Of a stretch of DNA of 24,214 nt, positions 12,655 through 22,283 are shown one piece after another. The notes beneath the pieces were generated by a model that saw only the letters and a list, made by a program, of their open reading frames with translations, had not been told where the DNA came from and did no database searches. Made by a program: the position numbers and the translations under genes. Each line of letters opens with the position of its first letter. Within the stretch, counting starts at the first letter, position 1. The stretch lies in the NCBI GenBank assembly GCA_000182565.2, contig KQ257464.1; one strand, given 5' to 3'. The stretch comes from Spizellomyces punctatus DAOM BR117. Lineage: Eukaryota.

Positions 12655-13226
12655 TGTAACGGATTTTTTGTAGGTAGACTACGGTAAAGACAACTTGGGT
12701 CTCCTAGCAGGTTATGTGGGTGTCCATACTAGGAATCGTAGTCTCCGAATCCTTTCTTTGGGCGTCAGTAGCGAATTGGGGGCAAGAGGCAAGGAGAGTC
12801 AGTTAGTTGTGAACCGAGCAGGATTTAGAGGCTTCAGTGTGGGTGATCAGGCCGTTGAAGTGCTCTGTTAGGTTCCTGGTAACCTAAGATTGGAGTTGAG
12901 AAGCTAGTTGTGGGGATTTAGTGTCGCTATGGCTTCTGCCTGCCAACTTATTTTATTGAATTCGTCTTTTTATACAAGAATATGCTACAGTAATGTCTAC
13001 ACTAGTTTCCGTAGCCTTCATTAGGGTGGCGGCGTCCAATCTTCCCATCTCGGACCATTGCCATGATCAATCATGGCTGCGTAATGTATCCTTCATGCTG
13101 CACTGGTGTAGCCCAGAACTGAGCTTGATCTTAGGGGTTTCGAAGCTTAGGTTACAATTGCAGAAACCTCAATCATGGTCACCTGATGCCTTTGAGCGAA
13201 CCGGTTTATCAGAGTCATTCGCTACA
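12655..13226 (-). repeat. 3' LTR (572 bp)
   Basis: Begins TGTAGCGAAT immediately after the polypurine tract and ends ATCCGTTACA (8/10 inverted match) exactly where Fanzor similarity stops. The partner LTR is outside the window. Confidence 0.8.
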
Positions 13227-13283
13227 TCCCCCCTTCGAAAAAGAAGGTTCAGCGACTCGTATGTGAGTGCCCGAACCTCGCTT

Positions 13284-14069
13284 CTACCATGATGCAACTG
13301 GATAGTCATCGTCAGCTTCAAAGCTGTCTTCATTGATCATCCAGATTATGGTAGCATGCCCCATGACATTTGCACAGAACCAAATTTGGTCAGTGGCTTC
13401 CGGAGCTGGGGTTCCAGGGGTCTTGGAACCGTTGGCTTGGGTTACATAAAGGGCTGTGAATGTCTCCGCGGCCCTTTTCAAGTTAACTGCTCGAAAGTGG
13501 TAATAGGCATGCTCCCGATGTTTGGGACGGAGCTGCTCTTCTGTGGTTTCAGCTGCGTTGGCTAGCTTTAGCAATACTGCTCTCGTGGCTTCGATGGCTA
13601 TCTCCATGAAATCATGGGCTTCACGATTGGGCCAGAGGGTGAAGCGGGTCATTTTGGGGTTTCCAGCCACATGTTGAGGGACTCCAGCGTCAAGCCAGGC
13701 AGTGCAGGGTACGTCCTGTAATCTCTTCCCCATCTTTTTTGCATCAGCGATGATACCGACAGCTGCTTGACCGCCATCGGAAGCCCTACTGTAGGGCTCT
13801 GCTATATGCATTGTGAGGGGCTGGCTCATGGCATACGGCTTCGAAGCCCCGTCTACCACCCAATCTTCACCACGATAGTGTTTGAGGGGTTTGTTTGGGT
13901 CTTTGAACAACTCACGAATCCAAACTTCAACCCAGGTGGCCATAGCTGCCCCGAGCCACTCGATAGAGTTCTCGGCTCCGAAGGCATTGCTTCCTTCTGC
14001 CCAGGGGTAGCCTTCCTCAAGGGTAGAGAGGATACTGACTCCTCATTGTCCTCGGATATTGGTGGTCAT
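13284..14069 (-). pseudogene. Additional ~260-aa ORF of unknown function between integrase and 3' LTR
   Basis: ATG 14069 (MTTNIRGQ*), one TGA at 14045-14043, then open to TAG 13284. Same frame as the integrase/chromodomain. Confidence 0.6.
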
Positions 14070-14429
14070 GGTGTCGGAAATGAAAGTTTGTGTTTTGGTG
14101 TCAATAGAAAAGGTTTGCAAAGCAGAGTAGGTCTGTAAGGGAGATAGGTCATAGGTAGTTGAAGAAGAAAAAAGAGGGGGAGCATGCAGGGGTGTCCTTT
14201 TAAGGTCGTCGCCAGCTGATTTTGACAGCTTGGATGCACATAAGTGTGATCGGGAGGCTTGGTGTGGCATTCTCGACTGGTGAGGTAAGCCATGCAAAAC
14301 TGGTTTTCTTTCTGGTGAGAGGGCATGATTATCATGTGAGCTATTGTCTGGATAAACCGCGAAGCATTGGTGGTCAGAAGCATAAGCCATATCTTCTGGG
14401 GCATCGCCTTCAAGGCTGACTACCAAAGA

Positions 14430-15499
14430 GTCCTCTACTAGTGTGCTAGTGGGAGCTCTGGATCTCCAGTACTCTTCTAAGGCTTCAGAAGCCTCTGTTA
14501 GGTCTTCCTCTGATTCCCATGTATCCTCATGGGGTGGATATCCGGCCCAACATATTCAAAATTGACACTTTCCGTGCCTGGTTCAATGGTCTACTATCGC
14601 TGCTACAGTGCAAAATAAGCCAATGGCAATTGCTTCCACTTCGAACTCGCCTTCTGAAGCATCGGAATCCTCCGTTTGAGCTTCCGCAACCTTTCCCTCA
14701 GTTTCGGTGTCGACAGGCTTCTGGTACGGACATAATTTCAATATGTGAAACCATGGGTGAAGTCATCTCATCTTGTCTGGCAGTTTTAACTTGTAGTTGT
14801 TGTGGAGAGGGTTACAGTCAATCACCGTGACTGGTCCCAGCCATTTCGGAGCAATCTTGGACTCATACCCTGCTAGGTTTTTCATGCTCAGAAGCACCTT
14901 ATCTCCTCTCCGGAACTCCAAATATCATTGTGATAAATCATAATATCTTTTCTGCAAATCCTGGGCTTCGATCATCAGATCTCGGATAAGGATGTTTAGG
15001 TCACCGAGGTGTTTACAGAGCTCTTCCGCATCTGCATTTCTGGTTTCTGATGGCCTTTTGATGATATCCACCAGTGGATTGTGGGGCTCATAGCCTAGGT
15101 CCATTCTGAATCACGTCATTTTTGTCGCCTCATGTACTGTATCGTTGATAATGAATTCTGCAACCAGAAGAAAGGTGTCCCAGTCATCTAATCGGGTGTT
15201 GACCATTGTGGTAAGGACCTACAAGACCATTGCGTTGTCTCTCTCTGATTGTCCATCACCTTGAGGGTGGTAGGCTGTGGTGAGCTCTTGATTAATCTTT
15301 AGGTTTTTGCAGACCTCCTGCCAAAATCGACTCATAAACTTGGGGTCATGGTCCGAGATAATAGTCTCCGGAATGCCATGCAATGGGACGTAGCATTCTA
15401 TAAAGAGTTCCGCAACCTGAATAGCTGTCGCGGTGCTCTTGAGGGGCCATACGTGGATCCTCTTTGAGCATTTACATGCTATTAGCCAAAAGGCGTCAT
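14430..15499 (-). pseudogene. Retrotransposon integrase (rve core, GPY/F region) plus chromodomain; degenerate
   Basis: LHGIPETIISDHDPKFMSRFW, TTAYHPQGDGQSER, KIAPKWLGP, HPWFHI and EFEVEAI..VDH*..WAGYPPHEDTWESEEDL. Several in-frame stops. Confidence 0.92.
14596..14633. mobile_element. 28-bp TG...CA insertion (14601-14628) with 5-bp target duplication ATCGC/ATTGC; probable footprint of the virus-like element
   Basis: Adds 11 codons inside the chromodomain; removing 33 nt restores EVEAIVDH. Its first 26 nt are identical to 15500-15525. Confidence 0.8.
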
Positions 15500-15545
15500 T
15501 GCTACAGTGCAAAATAAGCCAATGGGCTTATTTTGCACTGTAGCA
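15500..15545. repeat. Terminal palindrome: perfect 21-bp arms with 4-nt spacer
   Basis: TGCTACAGTGCAAAATAAGCC-AATG-GGCTTATTTTGCACTGTAGCA. Confidence 0.95.
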
Positions 15546-15721
15546 GCCGGCTTATAATTATGATATACCCGGCTTATAATATGATATACCCGGTTTATAA
15601 ATAAGCCATATTGCATTGGAGTGTTTCAAAATGTTTCAAAGTGTTTCGAGTCTTCCAAGGTGTTTGCCCAATGCATTGGAGTGTTTCAAAGTGTTTTGAG
15701 TCTTCCAAGGTGTTTGTCCAA
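15546..15721. repeat. Subterminal tandem repeats
   Basis: CCGGCTTATAA(T)TATGATATAC about 2.5 times (15547-15600), then two ~50-60 bp units starting TGCATTGGAGTGTTTCAAA (15612, 15672) built from GTGTTT-containing subrepeats. Confidence 0.85.
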
Positions 15722-15899
15722 GTCTGGGACTATTGATGAAGGGATGATATGCAGTATAGTGCACTTACCCATAAAATTTTACGCATCTAATATTTCACAT
15801 GTCCAAACTCCACCTAATTCAAAGTCAACACTGGTTCTAACTTGACATTTGCTTCTTCTCAAGACTCCATGATATCACTTCATCTTGGGACTCCATCTC

Positions 15900-16251
15900 T
15901 CAGCCTTCGACATCATAGCTTGTGGACTCGTCTGTGGACTCGTCTCTCCACATATCTCTTCCAACAAGGATAGCATCGAAACTTGTATCCTTTCTGTCCA
16001 ATTCTTCACAATTGAAACCTCCTTCCACAATCCATGCAGATTTGCTCTAGACTTTGGTGTCCATTGTTCCCTGAAAGCAACCATTCCAATATCCATCTCG
16101 GCACCAGCACACAATCATTTGCATAGTCCATTGTTAATTGCAGTTGTATATGGAATCGTTTTTGAAAAGAAGGCTTCGAGCTGGGGAGGGACTGGGGGGA
16201 GACTGGCGACCCTCTTTTATAAACGGAAAAGGAACTCTCCCATCTTATCAA
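15900..16251 (-). pseudogene. Degenerate zinc-ribbon ORF
   Basis: Reading through TGA 16008-16006 gives CMDCGRRFQL*RIGQKGYKFRCYPCWKRY. Boundaries are uncertain. Confidence 0.45.
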
Positions 16252-16412
16252 TAAGATGGCCTTCTTTTATGTCCCATCTGATCCGTATGTTTCCTTATGT
16301 TTCCTTTGAAGAATAATGATTCTATCAATACTTTCCCTCATATTTCATGTGACCTTTCCATCGATAGTAACCTTTCGCAAAAAAGGGAAACTAATGGAGA
16401 TGCTGGAAAAAA

Positions 16413-16744
16413 TCCTAGAACTAGGGCTTTTTCACAACATGCCCATTTTCGCTCACTGCTCCACAAAAACAGCTCTAGAATCCTAGCCCTTTTTTTGCCC
16501 GGTCTTCTCTACTTTTCAAAAAAATTTCATTTTTTTTTTTCAAAATTGAAATTTGATTCCATTTGTGAGATTTGACCCGGGAAAATGGGCTAGAATGGCT
16601 AGGATTCTTGTCTTTCGGTATGTAGGGTATATTATACTACTAATAAATAAAAATATCTATTATTATATGTTAAATTATACTACATAAATGTAGAGAGAAA
16701 AAAACCTAGCCATCGAAAAACTAGGACGAGCTAGGATGTACTAG
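16413..16744. repeat. 332-bp non-coding direct repeat, copy 1 (candidate replication origin)
   Basis: Colinear with 20341-20672. Contains 10 CTAG motifs, inverted pairs AGAATCCTAGCC/GGCTAGGATTCT (16477, 16597) and GCCCATTTTC/GAAAATGGGC (16441, 16581), and AT-rich tracts. Confidence 0.9.
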
Positions 16745-16828
16745 GAATTCTTTTTCCTTTCACTGCTCTAGCTTCTTACTGCTACTTTTTCTACCATCTC
16801 TACCTTCAATTGTTCTCGGTTATACCCC

Positions 16829-17428
16829 CTAGCGCCTTTTGTAATGTTTTATGCAGTAGATTTTCCATGCTGGCTCTGTTAAGTGGATTCTTTTCTTGCA
16901 GCCTTCCTGTGCACAATCTCTGGTTTTCCTCTGACTTGTCCTTGCAGAACACGTGGTGGTAATAGCCATCCCTTTGCTTTTCTGCCAGTCTGGTAGACAC
17001 ATTGTCTTCCATGTACGCTCTTTTTCATCGGAACAATGAAAATATTGCTCACATACTGTACATTTTAGATTCTGGGAATGACAAAAATCACATACTTCAT
17101 TGTTGAGCACACCTTCTTTCTTATACCGTTTTTCACACAGTAAACATTTCCGCGTCATATTGACAAGTTCCTGTCTCATCTTGGCTGCCCTTTCCACCTC
17201 TTCATCTGGGAAAAACCACTTTATACAGCAGTTGCCAATGACAAGTACCTTTCCGGTATAGATGTTCTGGACAAAACAGTTCTCTTTGATGGGATGTGTA
17301 CAAAGGCAGCAGTTTTCCTTGTCTAAGTGAAAACTCTCAACCTTCCATTCCCAAATGGCTTCCTCAAATAAATCGCTCAAAGATTCATTCAGTAGTTCCC
17401 TTGTGAATGTATTGAAATATGATGTCAT
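16829..17428 (-). CDS. Cys-rich multi-zinc-finger protein of large-DNA-virus type
   Basis: 199 aa. EW...CCLCTHPIKENCFVQNIYTGKVLVIGNCCIKWF resembles a C-x-C-x-H...N-x-x-TG...G-x-x-C domain common in giant virus and phage hypothetical proteins, followed by several CxxC pairs. Confidence 0.7.
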   Translation of the reverse strand: MTSYFNTFTRELLNESLSDLFEEAIWEWKVESFHLDKENCCLCTHPIKENCFVQNIYTGKVLVIGNCCIKWFFPDEEVERAAKMRQELVNMTRKCLLCEKRYKKEGVLNNEVCDFCHSQNLKCTVCEQYFHCSDEKERTWKTMCLPDWQKSKGMAITTTCSARTSQRKTRDCAQEGCKKRIHLTEPAWKIYCIKHYKRR

Positions 17429-17468
17429 GCGTGTTCAATATACTTACCACTGTTTATTGTCTATATCT

Positions 17469-17675
17469 TTAAATGGCCGTTTTGTCTGTTTTTGGTACCC
17501 TACTTATTGTTATAAAATCATGCCACAAGGTTCTCTTGTCGCCCTTGACCAACTTTCTAACCATTAGGTGACATAATGATAGGTCTTTGGCGAGTCTCCT
17601 TATCGATGGTGCGTGGATCGAGGTCTCATTACCGAATCGGTTCACTGTGGCAATGTAGTCAAATTTCGAATGCAT
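17469..17675 (-). CDS. Small basic hypothetical protein, possibly HTH-like
   Basis: 68-aa ATG ORF, co-oriented with the zinc-finger gene and preceded by the TACTTAAA motif. SIRRLAKDLSLCHLMVRKLVKG is HTH-like. Confidence 0.45.
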   Translation of the reverse strand: MHSKFDYIATVNRFGNETSIHAPSIRRLAKDLSLCHLMVRKLVKGDKRTLWHDFITISRVPKTDKTAI

Positions 17676-17825
17676 TAGTGGTATGTTGTTTTACTATACT
17701 ATGAGGCAAATCATTTAAGTAGTGTCTTTTTTTTCATCACATTTGTCGAGTTTTTCTGGAACAAAAAAAAGCTACTTAAATACATACGTCCGTGTGTTAT
17801 ACAGATATATCACCGAATTCAAACC

Positions 17826-20327
17826 ATGCCACAAACACTGCTTTTCCAAACTGCCAAGAAAATGAAGCGTGCTAATCCTTCATTCAATCCTATCCCCGCA
17901 TCTGTCGAGGACAAATGTCCTTTAGGCAAGTGGAGTGGTCCTTCATACCTGTTCAAAAGAGATTTTCCTAAACATGAACAATGGCAACCGGATTGCAATC
18001 TCAGTTTACTGGTATCTGATGACTATATTGTTGTGGATGTTGACGCAAAGCCACCTGCGCAATGATCCAAAAGTAAAATCTATAGTGAAGCCCTCGGAAC
18101 AGTCGACTTTGCAGAACTGGTTGAGCAAAATGAACCTTTGCCCACTACACTCTCACTCACCACACCCAGTGGAGGAAAACACTTTTACTTTTCTTTGAGT
18201 GGTAAGGATGGCGAAAGTATCTTGAAAAATTGGACAGCATGCATGACGCGGGAAGATGGCTCTGTTATCGCAGTTGACATTCGGACAAAAGGCGGTTACG
18301 TAATGGTTCTGCCCAGCAAGAAGGGATGTCAACGCTATGAATGGGACACAAAGGAGGGTTTCAAGGTGCCAATGGCTCCTTTGCCAAACTGGATTCTTAA
18401 GAACATTCTTGATGCACATGGCAAACATCCTCAACATTTTGAGGCTCAGGAGTTTACAGAATCGCCGCACTTAAACAATGAAGTCAGCAATGAAGACATT
18501 GAAATGTTCAAAAAAAGCGAGTTCTGGAAAGACTGTTTCTCCATCTCTTCAAGCCCAGATCACAACAATCTGTACATTATCACAGCAAGTGCGCCCTATG
18601 ATTGCTCAATTTGTGACAGACGGCATGTTAACAATACCAATCATCCTTTCCTTGTCCGAAATGGGTCTACGCTTCAATTTGTCTGTAGACCAGGGAAAGG
18701 GTTCTCAAGATGCATCTCAAAAAACTATGAGCAGATGTATCACGACTTTCATCCACTTACAAAAGAACTAGTCGAGGGAATGGATGTCACCAACCGTGCT
18801 GTTTCTGAGACCCTTCATAAAGAACTCAAGGATTGAGTCTTTCCTACAGAAAAACATAACAAATGGCTCATGTATGATCAGAGTATCGGGATCTGGCGTG
18901 AAGAAGACAAGAATGTCATTATGCATCCGATCCTTGATGACTATGTTCATCGTTTAAAGGAACTTGCTCTAATTTGTAATAAACTAAGCCAAGATGAAGA
19001 GGACGTATGGAGTGAATGCCAGGGGATCTGTAATTCTTTAGTCTATTCCATGTCTATGGTCAAGAAAAAGAATGATCACTTGGCCTCATTCTTTGAACTC
19101 GTTAGGGATACACGAAAGGACGAACTGTTTAATCAAAAGAAACACTTGCTACACTGTGTAAATGGAGTCTACGATCTCAAAAAGGGAAAGTTTCACAAGG
19201 CAAAGCCAAGTGACTATTCAAAAATGTCTACGAAGATCACCTACCTCGACTATGATGAACATCCTCAGGAGAAAAAAGCACTTGTTGAAAAGTTTTTAAA
19301 TGACTTCACACTGGATAATGAAGAACATAAAAAGTTCCTGTTGAAAGCACTGTCCTCGGCTCTAAGCAGCAATAATGAAGATCAGCAGTTTTATTTCTTT
19401 GATGGGAGTGGCAATAACGCTAAATCGACACTCATTAAATTAATGAAGAAGGTACTAGGAGATTACGGCACTATGCTACCGACAGCACAAGTACCAAAAC
19501 CTAACCTCAATGCTCAGGCTGCTTCTCCATCCTTGATGGCGTTGTTGTTCAAACGTGGTGGCTTTTTAACCAAACTGGAGGAAAAAACACTATACACTGA
19601 GTTTTTAAAGATGACGGCTGGAGGTGATTCAACAAGCGGTCAACAGTTGCACAACGAACAAAGAGAAATTGATCTGTGGGTCAAGATATTCATTGCTGTG
19701 AATGATCTACTGCAGATCCTCGATAAGACTAATGGCTTTTGGCAAAAGGTCATAGTTATCCCATGTAATGCTCGTTTTGTTCACAATCCAGACCCTGAGA
19801 AGCCTGAAGAAAGACCACTCGTTGATGGGTTCACTAAGCAGATACTTGATTGTGCCAATACTTTTCTTGCACTCCTGGTCAAGACTTACATCACTGATTA
19901 CAAAACCGAGGGCGTGAAGAAAAATGTTCATCCAGATGATATATTGGAACGGGTTGAAAAATACAGAGTATCTCAGAACATCCCATTGCAGTTTATTAGC
20001 AATATGATCGAGCCTGCAGATGATACAAATGCTGTACTCGTGAAGACATTAGATATGTCTTTCACCGAATTTTGCAAAGATAAGGCCTTTACAAAGACAC
20101 CACAACTTGTTAGACAGGTGTATGAACTCATGGATTCAATGTTCCCACCATCAAACTCGAAACGACAGATATGGATCGAGAAGAAAAATCTCAGAGGCTG
20201 GAAAGGTGCTATGTTGAAAAAGGATGAAGAAAGTGAGGAAGAAAGTGAGGAAGAGAAAGAAGAGATAGCCATATCATATGAAGAGGTCGAAAAAGATTTC
20301 CTACATTCTCGGTGGGCTGGGGCATGA
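17826..20327 (+). pseudogene. Bifunctional primase-polymerase (AEP Prim-Pol) fused to D5-like SF3 helicase, 833 codons, two internal TGA
   Basis: ORFs 17826, 18138 and 18870 share one frame, broken by TGA at 18063 and 18834. Prim-Pol motifs: IVVDVD, TTPSGGKHFYF, DIRTKGGYV, APLPNWI. Zn-like CSIC..H. D5_N motif NGVYDL. Walker A GSGNNAKST, then GGD and VIPCNARF. Confidence 0.92.
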
Positions 20328-20340
20328 AACAAATTGGATT

Positions 20341-20672
20341 TCCTAGAACTAGGGCTTTTTCAGGAGATCGCCATTTTCACTCGCCACTCTGCAAAAACAG
20401 CTCTAGAATCCTAGCCCTTTTTTTGCCCGGTCTTCTCTACTTTTCAAAAAAAATTCATTTTTGAAATTAAAAATTGAAAATTGAAACCATTTGTGAGATT
20501 TGATGCCGGAAAATGGGCTAGAATGGCTAGGATTCTTGTCTTTCGGTATGTAGGGTATACTATACTACTAATAAATAAAAAATATTCATTCTTATATGTA
20601 TATTATACTACATACATGTAGAGAGAGAAATTCCTAGCCTTTGAAAAACTAGAACAAGCTAGGACGAACTAG
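20341..20672. repeat. 332-bp non-coding direct repeat, copy 2
   Basis: Starts 13 nt after the primase-helicase stop. Shares long identical blocks with copy 1, e.g. GGAAAATGGGCTAGAATGGCTAGGATTCTTGTCTTTCGGTATGTAGGGTATA. Confidence 0.9.
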
Positions 20673-20713
20673 AGGATGTCAGGCTTGTTGACAGAAATAA
20701 ACTACAGTGGTGA

Positions 20714-20890
20714 TCATTCGCTTTCATCTCCACTATCTGCAAGGATGTTAAATCTCGGAAGTTGGTTCGCACATTCTTCCAACCACTTTCTGTAACAGTT
20801 GCTGCACCTAGGACAACACCTGATCCAAGGAATCATTTTATGACATCCAAGACATTCACAACATTCACGTTGTTGGCGGTTTGAATTCAT
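20714..20890 (-). CDS. 58-aa zinc-ribbon microprotein
   Basis: Below the ORF-track cutoff: MNSNRQQRECCECLGCHKMIPWIRCCPRCSNCYRKWLEECANQLPRFNILADSGDESE*. TACTTAAA lies about 40 nt upstream. Confidence 0.6.
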   Translation of the reverse strand: MNSNRQQRECCECLGCHKMIPWIRCCPRCSNCYRKWLEECANQLPRFNILADSGDESE

Positions 20891-21115
20891 ATTTTCAAGG
20901 TTTACTTCAAGTTAATATGCTTTTTTTTAAGTACAACATTTTTCAGGGTGCAACTGCCAGAAGAAAGTGCATCTTATCGATAAGATTATGTGACCTGATC
21001 TTCTTTGTTACTTATTTTATCACAATACTAAGTAAGCTATTCAGCAAAGTCATGTACTAAACTGATCACATAAAAAGCCAGAAGAAATGCAGCAGTACAT
21101 CTCAACTTAGTTTAG

Positions 21116-22213
21116 ATGGAAGCCATGCCATCACAAGCATCTACAAACCTTGCTGCAAGTACATCTCAACCCGCAAAGCCTAATCGACATTCCACCTCTC
21201 ACCGTCCCACAAAGCCTAAGCAACTCGATGCATCTCAAAAATTAATTGTTGATTTTTTCACGGAATTATGCATTGATGCTCCTCTGCCATACCAAATGAG
21301 CGCTTGTAATGAAATGCTGATGAAACTGTCCCATGTGGTGAAAAATGGAGAAACCTTAGACATGGACACTGCGCATTTTGCAGTCCGTGAAACAAAGTGC
21401 CTTAACGAATTGTTGAAAGAGCAGGAAACGTACATATCAAAGATGGATCAGTGGCATGGCGAAGCAGTGGTTCAGATTCAGAATTTGGCGGCTGAGAATG
21501 AAGAATATAAAAAACAAATACGCGATTTGGAAGATCGCCTCTGTAATGCCGAAGCCAAACGTATGACCATAGAAGTACCCGAGGACTTCAGGAAAAGAAA
21601 ACAAACAAAAGTTATAAATTTCGGCAAATACGACACAATAAAACCATGGATCGAACATATAGAGAATCACAATGCATGTTTCGATGTAATTGATGAGGTG
21701 AAAATATCAATCGCAAAGGTGTGCAGTATCATCAATCAGGAGTCATTGTTCAAAGAACTGCACAATCTGCAAAATGCCAAAAGCATGCAGGTTTTCCTGA
21801 AAGCTTTATGTTACGTCTGCTATTACAACTTCTATCTGACCAAAGACAATGATGCTAGATGATGGAATAAGATGGTCGATATGCTTGGTGCTGGAGTTCT
21901 TCCAGTTTTTTGTGAGAAACCAAGTTTAGTAAAGATAGCAGATTGTGACGCTGATTTACATCTGTTGGGTGAATGGTATGAAGAACAAAGAAATCTGGCA
22001 AAAAATCCGATGAACCAAAAGAAGCTTCCGATGGCTGTAATGGGGTTTACATGGCTTCAGTTTATCAGGAACATGAAAGCTCATAAGAAAGAGGAAGCTC
22101 TACAGCTTCTTCCCGCTCTACGTGGAAAGTTAGCCGAGGAAAAACTAGCTCAATCCAAGAGTTGGGAAGCTTCTAGGGAAAGGCATAGTGATATTCCCCA
22201 AGGGGGAATATAA
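21116..22213 (+). pseudogene. Hypothetical ~365-aa protein with coiled coil, one internal TGA
   Basis: ORFs 21116..21862 and 21872..22213 are in the same frame, separated by TGA 21860. Coiled-coil-like stretch IQNLAAENEEYKKQIRDLEDRL. Confidence 0.65.
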
Positions 22214-22283
22214 TCAGGTTATAACCCTTACATAGAAATACAAAAAGTTTCTATCGATTCCATTTGCCTCGTTCCATGTGTTG

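Larger units (their letters stand above)
12655..15499 (-). mobile_element. 3' part of a Ty3/Gypsy chromovirus-type LTR retrotransposon (integrase core, chromodomain, extra ORF, PPT, 3' LTR)
   Basis: Order on the minus strand is integrase, chromodomain, extra ORF, PPT (AAGGGGGGA, 13235-13227), then a TG...CA LTR. It is inserted within a Fanzor codon; candidate TSD CCAAT at 12650-12654. Confidence 0.9.

Noticed and set aside
12983-12992. TGCTACAGT in the LTR matching the element terminus
   Set aside because: Only 9 nt with no duplication around it; compatible with chance.
15500-15545. CACTA/CMC transposon end (CACTG within the arm)
   Set aside because: CACTG is internal rather than at the junction, and no CACTA transposase is present.
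15546-15721. CRISPR-like array or telomeric repeat
   Set aside because: Only 2-3 tandem units with no unique spacers; consistent with subterminal repeats.
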